Shown here piece after piece: positions 1-8,115 of a stretch of DNA of 64,000 nucleotides. Position numbers and translations under genes: made by a program. The DNA comes from Gammaproteobacteria bacterium (GTDB lineage Bacteria > Pseudomonadota > Gammaproteobacteria > Eutrophobiales > Eutrophobiaceae). The stretch is from NCBI GenBank assembly GCA_965243205.1, contig CBDEUK010000002.1, positions 832,001 through 896,000 of the forward strand. Direction: 5' to 3'. The notes under the pieces are model-generated. The model was given only the letters and a program-made list of their open reading frames with translations, ran no database searches and was not told where the DNA came from. Position 1 is the stretch's first letter, and every line of letters starts with the position of its first letter.

Positions 1-2
1 TA

Positions 3-1604
3 GGACAACACATCGACCTTATTCTTAATATCTTTGAAGAATCAAGTAATAAAAAGATACATTCTATTTTTGAACGCTGTGTTAATTCTTACAGTACGAT
101 AACAGGCACAAACCAAACCAAACTCTTGCGTAAAGATAAAGTTGAATACTATATCGATTATAGTATCAGTCCGATTATGGATAGTGCGCATGATATTGTT
201 GGTGCTGTAATGGTTTTTAGAGACGTAACGGAAGAACGTGGTAGAGAAAAAGTCTTAGCCTGGCAAGCCAATCATGACCAACTAACTGGTTTGATTAATC
301 GACGTGAATTTGAAAATCGATTAAATCGAATTATCCGTTCAAAAGATAAATCAAGACAACATGCGCTTTGTTATATCGATTTGGATCATTTCAAAATTGT
401 AAATGATTCATGTGGTCATAACGCAGGCGATGAATTGCTCAAACAAATCGCCCAATGTTTAAAAAACAAAACACGTGACACAGACACATTAGCACGATTA
501 GGAGGCGATGAATTCGGACTAATACTTTATAGCTGTAGTTTAAAAAAAGCAGAATTACTCGCTGAAGTTGTAAGAAAAGAAGTAGAGAAAATTGATTTTT
601 ATTGGGATAACAAACTCTATAAAGTAAGCGCAAGTATTGGTGTTATTGCGATTACTGATCAGTTCACTAATTTAGAAGATATATTACGTTCTGCTGATAG
701 CGCATGTTATAACGCAAAAGGTAAAGGCAGAAACAAAGTTAACATCCTTGATCTGACTGATGAATTCATTAGAGACAATCGATCTTCCACAGAAAATTTA
801 GACTCTATACAGTCTTGTTTAAATAGAGAATCTTTTCAATTACATCATCAAGTTATTGAATCAATTGAAACGGGAGAAAAAACTCATTGCGAATTACTTG
901 TCCGTGCTGAAAAAATGAATGGTAACATTGTATTACCTGAAGAGTTAATCCCTGTAGCCAAACGTTATCATTTAATGTCAAGCATTGACAGATGGGTAGT
1001 TCGTAACAGTTTTGAGTTTATAACTATAGAAGATAAAGAAATTAACCCGTATTCTATTATTAGTATTAATATCTCTGAACAATCTATTAATGATAATTCA
1101 TTTTTAGATTATTTATTACTCAGCTATAATCATTATTCCTTATCATCCTCCGGAAAGAATCTGTGTATAGAAATACCAGAGAATTGTTTAATTGATCATT
1201 ATGAGCAAACTTCAAAATTTATTTATGAAATAAAACAACAAGGTTTTCTCGTTGCTATCGATGACTTCCATTCCGGTTTAAATAGTTTCAAAAAAATAGA
1301 ATCCGTCAACGTAGATTACATTAAATTTGATGGGCGTCTTTTATCTCCGATTGCCAGTAACAATCTTGAACATATAATACTTCAATCTATTATTGATATT
1401 AGTCATCATATCAATGCAAAAACGGTTGCTAAATATGTTGACAACCAAGAAAATCATGATGAGTTGAAAAAACTAGGAATAGACTATGTACAAGGTTATT
1501 TCATACATCAACCAACTTTATTACCTAAACCAACTAAAATAGATAAAGAGTTTGAAGAAGTATTCGGTAAAAGTGATGAATACGAAATTGCTCTAAGTGA
1601 ATAA
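3..1604 (+). CDS. PAS-GGDEF-EAL c-di-GMP signalling protein, 5'-truncated by the window edge; EAL probably degenerate
   Basis: Frame is open from position 3. PAC-like SISPI...GAVMVFRDVTE, HDQLTGLINR and intact LARLGGDEF. EAL region has ELLVR, DDFHSG, VAKYVD, QGY. Confidence 0.9.
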   Translation, partial: GQHIDLILNIFEESSNKKIHSIFERCVNSYSTITGTNQTKLLRKDKVEYYIDYSISPIMDSAHDIVGAVMVFRDVTEERGREKVLAWQANHDQLTGLINRREFENRLNRIIRSKDKSRQHALCYIDLDHFKIVNDSCGHNAGDELLKQIAQCLKNKTRDTDTLARLGGDEFGLILYSCSLKKAELLAEVVRKEVEKIDFYWDNKLYKVSASIGVIAITDQFTNLEDILRSADSACYNAKGKGRNKVNILDLTDEFIRDNRSSTENLDSIQSCLNRESFQLHHQVIESIETGEKTHCELLVRAEKMNGNIVLPEELIPVAKRYHLMSSIDRWVVRNSFEFITIEDKEINPYSIISINISEQSINDNSFLDYLLLSYNHYSLSSSGKNLCIEIPENCLIDHYEQTSKFIYEIKQQGFLVAIDDFHSGLNSFKKIESVNVDYIKFDGRLLSPIASNNLEHIILQSIIDISHHINAKTVAKYVDNQENHDELKKLGIDYVQGYFIHQPTLLPKPTKIDKEFEEVFGKSDEYEIALSE

Positions 1605-1641
1605 ATCAACTTAGAACAATTTCAATTATTATAATTATTGG

Positions 1642-2295
1642 CTAACTTCGAAAAACCTTACTCAACCAATAATCTAATGAGAAAAACCTTCCTGCACCTA
1701 GGAAAAATAATGCTAACAACATTAAGAAATATGTTGCAGCAAACTCAATACCGTTTTTCAAAACAGTGATAGAGCCATGCTCTGTTAACCACTGATAATT
1801 CCCGTGTTCTTTTAAAACCTCAATAGCTTTGGTCTTTCTTTTTTGTGCTTCTTCAATCTTATCAACACGCCATTCCCAAGGAGCGGTTAATTTAGATTCA
1901 GGTAACGCATGCCAACCATTATCCCAATGCGCAGTTGTTGCAGCTACAATCATAGTAACCATCAATGGGATCGAAATTAATCGAACCATGAAACCAAATA
2001 ACAAAAACCAACCGCCTAAAAATTCTGTCCAACCAGCCATAAATGCTAATAGGTTTGGAAAAGGCAAACCAAGACCCCAATCAGGATTACCAAACCAACC
2101 CACAACACTTGGTTTTGCTAAAAACATTTCAAAAAAACTCACATCAGCAACGCCTAATTGTAACTTCCCATAACCAGCATAGATAAAAATAGGTGCTAAA
2201 AAAATACGTAATAATAAAGGCGCAGTAAAGTCTAATGCCTTTAATCGATCTAAAATATCATATATAAAATTAAACAGACCGCTGATAATTCCCAT
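1642..2295 (-). CDS. DoxX family membrane protein, HvfX-like (associated with MNIO/RiPP copper-binding systems)
   Basis: APLLLRIFLAPIFIYAG, WFGNPDWGLGLPFP, EFLGG, HWDNGW, GSITVLKNGIEFAATY, GAGRFFSLD; AGAGGGGG RBS upstream. Confidence 0.85.
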   Translation of the reverse strand: MGIISGLFNFIYDILDRLKALDFTAPLLLRIFLAPIFIYAGYGKLQLGVADVSFFEMFLAKPSVVGWFGNPDWGLGLPFPNLLAFMAGWTEFLGGWFLLFGFMVRLISIPLMVTMIVAATTAHWDNGWHALPESKLTAPWEWRVDKIEEAQKRKTKAIEVLKEHGNYQWLTEHGSITVLKNGIEFAATYFLMLLALFFLGAGRFFSLDYWLSKVFRS

Positions 2296-2315
2296 GATAA
2301 TTCCCCCTCTAGTTA

Positions 2316-3827
2316 TTATATCGAAGTAGTTTTGTTTAATGTTTGAGGATAAAGTTCATTTAATGGTACCGATAAACCATTTTGCATGACAACTCTTGCA
2401 TGAAAACGTTTTAACTCTCTAGGCGCTTTAACACCACATGAATGCGCTATAATTCCAACTTCTTTACTCATATTTTTCGCGTAATTCATAACTCGAATCG
2501 CTTTATCTTCTGGGTCTAAACCTTTTTGTAATTTTTTATTATGCGTTGTGATTCCAGTCGGGCATGTATTCTTATTACATTGCAGTGCTTGAATACAACC
2601 TAATGCAAACATAAATCCTCTAGCAGAAGTAACTGCATCAGCACCAATACATAATGCCCAAGCAACGTCAGCTGGAGTCACTAATTTTCCTGAGCAAATA
2701 ACTTTTATACGATCACGTAATCCATATTCAGTCAGTTTATCAATTAATAACGGTAAACTCTCTTTTAAAGGTAAACCCATATCATCCATCAAAGGCATAG
2801 GTGCTGCACCTGTACCACCATCAGCACTGTCGACAGTAATAAAATCTGGAGCTGTTTCAATACCTCGCTTATTAATCTCAGAAAATAAATTATCTAACCA
2901 ACCATATGCACCTAACACGGCTTTAAAACCAATAGGTTTACCGGTAACAATTCGTATCCTATTTATCATATTTAATAAATCATCATTATTGTTAATATCA
3001 GGATGTCGGTTTGGACTAATGGCATCATCACCAGGATTGATTCCACGAATCTTGGCAATTTCTTCAGAAACTTTAGCACCGGGTAAAATACCTCCTTTCC
3101 CAGGCTTTGCTCCTTGACTTAATTTGATCTCAAACATTTTCACTTGTTCATAATTAGCCACTTCTCGTAACTTATCATCATTCAAATTACCTTCGAGATC
3201 ACGTACCCCATTTTTTGCTGTTCCTATTTGAAACACGATATCAGCACCGCCTTCAAGATGATAAGGTGATAAACCACCTTCGCCAGTATTCATCCAACAC
3301 TGTGCCATTCTTGCGCCATTTGAAAGAGCTAATACAGCAGGTTTAGAAATAGCACCATAGCTCATACCTGATATATTAAAAATAGATGCTGCGGTATAAG
3401 GTTGTTTGCAATATGGCCCATAAGTTATGGGTTCAGGTTCTACGGCATCTTGACCTAGAGTAGGAAAGGGACAATTTACAAATAAAACTGTGCCTGGCGA
3501 TCGTAAATCTCGTGAAGAGCCGAATGCAATCGTATTATCAATATTTTTTGCTGCACGATAAGCCCATGTTCGTTGGGCTCGGTTAAATGGCATTTCCTCC
3601 CTATCCATAGCAAAAAAGTATTGGCGAAAAAATTCTCCGATATGTTCGAAGAAATAACGCATATGACCAATGACAGGATAATTACGACGAATTGCGTGTT
3701 TGGTCTGCGTAACATCCAATATATAAATAACAATAATGGCTAATACAGCCAGACCAATACAGAAAATAAATATTGTCGCTATGACTTCTAAGGAAGTCAT
3801 TAGAAAAGATGGAAGTTGTTCTATCAT
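2316..3827 (-). CDS. FMN-binding glutamate synthase family protein with N-terminal transmembrane anchor
   Basis: MSYGAIS, NTGEGG, EIKLSQGAKPGKGGILP, GGTGAAP and CIQALQCNKNTC [3Fe-4S] motif; hydrophobic N-terminus; no amidotransferase domain. Confidence 0.9.
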   Translation of the reverse strand: MIEQLPSFLMTSLEVIATIFIFCIGLAVLAIIVIYILDVTQTKHAIRRNYPVIGHMRYFFEHIGEFFRQYFFAMDREEMPFNRAQRTWAYRAAKNIDNTIAFGSSRDLRSPGTVLFVNCPFPTLGQDAVEPEPITYGPYCKQPYTAASIFNISGMSYGAISKPAVLALSNGARMAQCWMNTGEGGLSPYHLEGGADIVFQIGTAKNGVRDLEGNLNDDKLREVANYEQVKMFEIKLSQGAKPGKGGILPGAKVSEEIAKIRGINPGDDAISPNRHPDINNNDDLLNMINRIRIVTGKPIGFKAVLGAYGWLDNLFSEINKRGIETAPDFITVDSADGGTGAAPMPLMDDMGLPLKESLPLLIDKLTEYGLRDRIKVICSGKLVTPADVAWALCIGADAVTSARGFMFALGCIQALQCNKNTCPTGITTHNKKLQKGLDPEDKAIRVMNYAKNMSKEVGIIAHSCGVKAPRELKRFHARVVMQNGLSVPLNELYPQTLNKTTSI

Positions 3828-3909
3828 TACATTGCCCCCTTATTATTTTTGTCTCAGACAGGACAATGCGGTGGATGTTCACCACATTAACTTTTATTAA
3901 TTAAGTTAA

Positions 3910-5349
3910 TTATAGGCTTTTTGATTTTATAACCGTTAGCTTATCAATTTGCATATCATGCATGGTATGAGGAATGCCTCCTACGCCTAGGCCTGATTGT
4001 TTCAATCCAGCAAACGGCATCCAATCAACACGAAAAGCAGTATGATCATTCACCATAACGGCTGCAGCGTCTAATTGTTTTACTACTGACATAATTTTAT
4101 CAATGTTCTTGGCAAATACCGAAGCTTGAAAAGCAAAAGGAAGTGAATTGGCCGAATCAATGGCATCATTCATATCACTGTAAGGATATACACAAACAAC
4201 TGGCCCGAAGATTTCATTTTGAGTCAGTTTACAATCCGCTGGTGGATCATAAACAACCGTACATTCATAACAAGAATCTGAGATTCTATTACCACCAGTA
4301 ATAAGTTTCGCACTTTCGTTTACTGCCTCATCTACCCATGATTCAACACGGTCGACTTCAGCAGGACGTATTAAAGGTCCTATCTCAGTCGCTTCTAACG
4401 TAGGATCACCAATTGAATAATTCTTAGCGATGTTTGCTAAACGATTTGCTAAATCTTCTGCAATGGATTCATGCGCATATATTCTTTGAACGGATACACA
4501 TACTTGACCTGCATGATAGAAACCACCTTTTGCTAATAACGGTAAAGCTTCATCTAAGTCAGCATCCTCCGTAACAATAACAGGGGCAGCACCACCATGT
4601 TCTAAAGCACAACGAGTACCAGGGGCCAATTTCGAACGCAACATCCAACCCACTTTGGCACTACCTATGAATGTGAAAAATGCAACTCGCTCATCTGTCA
4701 CTAATTGAGTTGCAACATTGAGATCACTTACCGTCAATGCCTGACACCATTCTTCTGGTAAGCCAGCTTCCCGCAAGATTTCTACAAAACGAAAACAAGA
4801 CAATGGTGTATCTTCAGCAGGTTTTACAATAACAGGACAGCCCGTTGCGATTGCGGGAGCGACTTGATGTACGATTAAATTTAATGGATGGTTAAAGGCA
4901 CTTACCGCAACAACAACACCTATCGGTTCTTTGGTTGTAAATGCCATACGACCAGCTGAAGCCGCATTCAAACCCATTGGAATCTCTTCACCAGCACTGG
5001 TGCGCAAATGTTCTATACATAACTTAACACCATCAATTGCCCTGGCTACTTCAACTTTGGAATCAGGTAATGGCTTACCACCTTCACGTGCAGCTTCAAT
5101 AGCGAGTTCATCGAATTTAGCTTGCATAATGGCTGCGGTTTTTTCTAATACTTCGATGCGTCTTTCAGCAGGTAGCCAAGAATGTTTATCGCGAAATAAT
5201 TGATAGGCTGTGGCTAATGCAGACTCAACAGCATCACTCGAGGCAGTATCAACTGTCGCTATAAGTTGTTGATCATAAGGCGCAAACACCTCTATAACGC
5301 CATCAGATTGTTGTGAATTTGCCACCATCAATGGAAAATGCTGAGCCAT
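3910..5349 (-). CDS. NAD(P)-dependent aldehyde dehydrogenase (LEHGG type, RL0313/ALDH21-like)
   Basis: AFNHP, VKPAEDTP, FIGS, CALEHGGAAP, catalytic GQVCVS, EIFGP, PFAGLKQSG. Confidence 0.92.
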   Translation of the reverse strand: MAQHFPLMVANSQQSDGVIEVFAPYDQQLIATVDTASSDAVESALATAYQLFRDKHSWLPAERRIEVLEKTAAIMQAKFDELAIEAAREGGKPLPDSKVEVARAIDGVKLCIEHLRTSAGEEIPMGLNAASAGRMAFTTKEPIGVVVAVSAFNHPLNLIVHQVAPAIATGCPVIVKPAEDTPLSCFRFVEILREAGLPEEWCQALTVSDLNVATQLVTDERVAFFTFIGSAKVGWMLRSKLAPGTRCALEHGGAAPVIVTEDADLDEALPLLAKGGFYHAGQVCVSVQRIYAHESIAEDLANRLANIAKNYSIGDPTLEATEIGPLIRPAEVDRVESWVDEAVNESAKLITGGNRISDSCYECTVVYDPPADCKLTQNEIFGPVVCVYPYSDMNDAIDSANSLPFAFQASVFAKNIDKIMSVVKQLDAAAVMVNDHTAFRVDWMPFAGLKQSGLGVGGIPHTMHDMQIDKLTVIKSKSL

Positions 5350-5384
5350 AATAAATACCTTTATTTTGTATTGTAGTAAGCAAT

Positions 5385-5400
5385 AGCACAGACGATGCCA
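5385..5400 (-). promoter_or_regulatory. Candidate sigma54 -24/-12 promoter upstream of the ALDH
   Basis: Minus strand TGGCATCGTCTGTGCT: GG and GC at the spacing of TGGCAC-N5-TTGCW with 2 mismatches; 35 nt upstream of the ATG. Confidence 0.35.
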
Positions 5401-5573
5401 ATTACCAGCTAATTTGAATTCAGAACTAGCTTTGGAATACTAGGAATATTTCCAGGTGTGTAAATAGAAGAATTCCCTATCATGTATTTATTAGATTTGT
5501 GAACATACTATCCGTAGTTAAATCACTAGCTATAAGTTTTTAAACCCCATATTAAAAACTTCTTCCTCTAACG

Positions 5574-5609
5574 AAGCCGGGCAGAGCGATAACGCCCTGC
5601 CCGGTTTTT
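5574..5609. terminator. GC-rich stem-loop, probable intrinsic terminator downstream of the PepSY gene
   Basis: CCGGGCAGAGCG-ATAA-CGCCCTGCCCGG with a T-run on the + side; one G.U pair on the minus strand. Confidence 0.7.
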
Positions 5610-5633
5610 ACTAATGATAAACGAATATAATAT

Positions 5634-6182
5634 CTATTCGTCTTCTGGACCAATCTCGTAGATTTCAATATTAGCTTCTTCAATTTCACCAGTAGAAGCA
5701 TCGACATCGACTTTTACTTCATAACCCAGATCAGTTTGGATATCGAACTCATACGTAGCATCACCATCAAAGCCAATCTCATACTCACTTGAAGTTACTT
5801 TGCCAGGATGAATCGCTAGAGCAAACTCTCTCGCTTCTTGTTCGCTAACTTTAGCCAATTTTTTGAAAGTTGGGTCATTTGCATCAACTTCACGCTCAAC
5901 CTCTGTAATGAATCCTTCTTCAGCATTACATTCAACATTATAGGTAGTGCCCTTTGCTTCGATGTCGAATTCATATACTGGGTCATCTCCTTCCATTTTC
6001 ATTTCCAGTTTGCGTGGATGTCCAGGAATTAAGTCAATAGCAGCATCCAAGCAAGTTTCAACCGAAACAATATCCCAATTACGAAGATCATCTAAATCTT
6101 GTGTATCGCTATGACCATCTGCTAGGGCGCTATTTGCCAATAAAACTGACGCAGTCAATACGAATGCTTTATGAAATTTCAT
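5634..6182 (-). CDS. Secreted acidic two-PepSY-domain protein, lanpepsy (LanP)-like
   Basis: ATG 6182 with GAGGT RBS; Sec signal ending SALA; SVETCLDAA...KLEMK.E...VYEFDI...VECNA, KVSE..AR..AL..HPG...EYEI..DGDATYEFDI...VDASTG...IYEIG. Pattern matches my recollection of the LanP family. Confidence 0.75.
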   Translation of the reverse strand: MKFHKAFVLTASVLLANSALADGHSDTQDLDDLRNWDIVSVETCLDAAIDLIPGHPRKLEMKMEGDDPVYEFDIEAKGTTYNVECNAEEGFITEVEREVDANDPTFKKLAKVSEQEAREFALAIHPGKVTSSEYEIGFDGDATYEFDIQTDLGYEVKVDVDASTGEIEEANIEIYEIGPEDE

Positions 6183-6384
6183 GTAAAAATACCTCTTAAT
6201 TATTTGGTGCAAACCTTTAAAATTGATTGTAGACGCTCAAAAACCCAAAATAAAGGAAATTTTCCTATTTTTTTTGCGATGCGATTAATGATAGCTCGAA
6301 ATGAATATTTCAGATTATTAGCAGGATTTATTCCTTATCTATTGCTACTCGGACTTTTCAATAGAGCTATTTGGTAGAGTTGCC

Positions 6385-6456
6385 GTACAGGCAGTTGGCT
6401 TGATCTTCGATGGGCTTATCGCAAACCGGCTTGTTGAAGTCGCCGATTGCCTGTAC
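6385..6456 (+). ncRNA. Candidate structured RNA (72-nt hairpin, unassigned)
   Basis: About 29 bp stem with 7 G.U pairs that form only on the + strand; TGGTAGAGT extended -10-like element at 6372-6380 immediately upstream. Confidence 0.35.
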
Positions 6457-6485
6457 TTGAAATGAATGAAAATAATGGAATGTTT

Positions 6486-7238
6486 TTAACCCATAGTGCC
6501 TAAAAGAATTCCTTTTTCTAGCATTTGTTCCAAAGTTTGCCTACCACCTTGGATGACGACCTCAGGATTAGGATGCTGTAATTCCTCAGCAATTTGTTGC
6601 AATAAATCCAACCCTGTTTTATGGGTATTATTTACGATCAAATCGAGCAACCTAGCAGATACAGGATTCAACTCCATATAACCAACGACATCTTCTTCGT
6701 CACGATAAACAACTAAATAAGTGGGTTGCTCAGGAATAGCTTCTGGTTTATAGCTGGGACTAATATTCTGCACTGGAAATTGATATGACAATAAAGCCAT
6801 AACAGGATTAGCCTTTAATATCCCATGCTCAAAAGCACCGTCTGGTTCAATATTAGTAGTATCAATTTCTCGACTATCAAATTTCAGCGCCATGCCCATC
6901 CACTCATAGTGTGCTAATTCTGCTAAAAATGGATAATCATCCTTAGAAGTTCTTTCCGTTTGTAAATACTCAACAAACTCTTTGGGCATTTTAGGAAAGT
7001 ATGGGGTATGTGCTTGATGATGGATAAAATAATCCCGAATTAATGCTTCCCATTGCTCAGGACTGTGAATTTTATACAAAACAGGAAAGCTATTTTCCAT
7101 AAAACCCGAAATATTGCCAAATAACAAACGTCGATAGATTGCCAAGCGCCTATCTTCGATGCCATCTGGAGCAGGATTTGATATTGGGTCACGCATATGT
7201 TGCGTGAAAGTTTGCTGTACCTGACGAAAATCAACCAT
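6486..7238 (-). CDS. DUF2063/HvfC-like RiPP maturation partner protein
   Basis: QQTFTQHMRDP, EDRRLAIYRRL, FPVL, HTPYF, ELAHYEW, YQFPVQNISP; 8-nt overlap with the DUF692 gene. Confidence 0.88.
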   Translation of the reverse strand: MVDFRQVQQTFTQHMRDPISNPAPDGIEDRRLAIYRRLLFGNISGFMENSFPVLYKIHSPEQWEALIRDYFIHHQAHTPYFPKMPKEFVEYLQTERTSKDDYPFLAELAHYEWMGMALKFDSREIDTTNIEPDGAFEHGILKANPVMALLSYQFPVQNISPSYKPEAIPEQPTYLVVYRDEEDVVGYMELNPVSARLLDLIVNNTHKTGLDLLQQIAEELQHPNPEVVIQGGRQTLEQMLEKGILLGTMG

Positions 7239-8115
7239 GTGATGTGTGTTGAGCGTCAGGTAAATAGTTTGATTGGATATCTGAGATCTTTATTGCTTCT
7301 TGAACTAATTCTTCCAGTGGTGGAATATTAAAATCTCGTTCCAATAGCGTTGGGAACACACCAAAATGTTGATATGCCTTATCTAATAAGGCCCAAACTG
7401 GATCAATGACATCCGCTCCATGTGTATCAACACGTAAATCGATATCTTCTTCATGATGTCCAGCAATATGAGAATAAGCAATACGTTCACTAGGTAACGA
7501 TTTTAAGTAGTCTTCAGCATCGTAACGATGATTAATACTATTGACGTAGATATTATTAATATCGAGTAAGAGATTACAATCTGCTGTTTCTAATACAGCA
7601 TTAATAAATTCTATTTCAGTCATCTCTTGACCAGGTGCTGCGTAATAAGAAACATTTTCTACGGCGATTTTATCACCAATAATATCTTGGACTTGTTGGA
7701 TCCTCTCAGAAACATGTTTCACTGCTTCTTCTGTAAATGGAATAGGCATTAAATCATATAAATGTGCATCATCGGCACAGTAACTTAGATGTTCGCTATA
7801 ACAATGGATTTGATGATCTTGCATAAAGCCTTTCACGCGCTTAATGAACGCTTCATCTAGAGGAGCAAGCCCACCTAAATTGAGTGATAGCCCATGACAG
7901 ACCATCGGAATTTCTTGGGAAATCTTATTAAAGTGCTTTCCAAATTTACCGCCAACATCAATCCAATTTTCAGGTGCGACTTCCATAAAGTCGATACCTT
8001 GAGGAATTGACTCAGCAACCAATCTGGAAAATGCTCTCCTAAGACCCAGCCCGGTACCTAGTACCGGGCTGTTATCTAAAGGTCTAACAGAAGTCTTAAC
8101 TTCTAGTGGCCGCAT
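7231..8115 (-). CDS. DUF692 multinuclear non-heme iron oxidase (MNIO), HvfB/BufB-like RiPP maturase
   Basis: GLGLRR, EVAPENW, HGLSL, YSEHLS, DLMP, ENVSYY, LLDINNIYVN, HIAGH, DTHG, LLERD. Start uncertain (8115 or 8130). Confidence 0.93.
   Translation of the reverse strand: MRPLEVKTSVRPLDNSPVLGTGLGLRRAFSRLVAESIPQGIDFMEVAPENWIDVGGKFGKHFNKISQEIPMVCHGLSLNLGGLAPLDEAFIKRVKGFMQDHQIHCYSEHLSYCADDAHLYDLMPIPFTEEAVKHVSERIQQVQDIIGDKIAVENVSYYAAPGQEMTEIEFINAVLETADCNLLLDINNIYVNSINHRYDAEDYLKSLPSERIAYSHIAGHHEEDIDLRVDTHGADVIDPVWALLDKAYQHFGVFPTLLERDFNIPPLEELVQEAIKISDIQSNYLPDAQHTSHG
8047..8071 (-). promoter_or_regulatory. Perfect 11-bp hairpin inside the 5' end of the MNIO gene (possible mRNA stabiliser or attenuator)
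   Basis: CAGCCCGGTAC-CTA-GTACCGGGCTG, 31 nt downstream of the precursor stop; no U-tract. Confidence 0.55.

Noticed and set aside
2316-3827. N-methylglutamate synthase (MgsC) or true GltB
   Set aside because: Has an N-terminal TM anchor and no neighbouring amidotransferase, GXGXG or small-subunit genes; fits the stand-alone FMN-binding family.
6385-6456. Integron attC site, SRP RNA or c-di-GMP-I riboswitch
   Set aside because: No AAC/GTT R-box pair at the stem ends, no CAGG-GNRA-AGCAG SRP core, and only an isolated GCAAACC without the GAAA tetraloop architecture.
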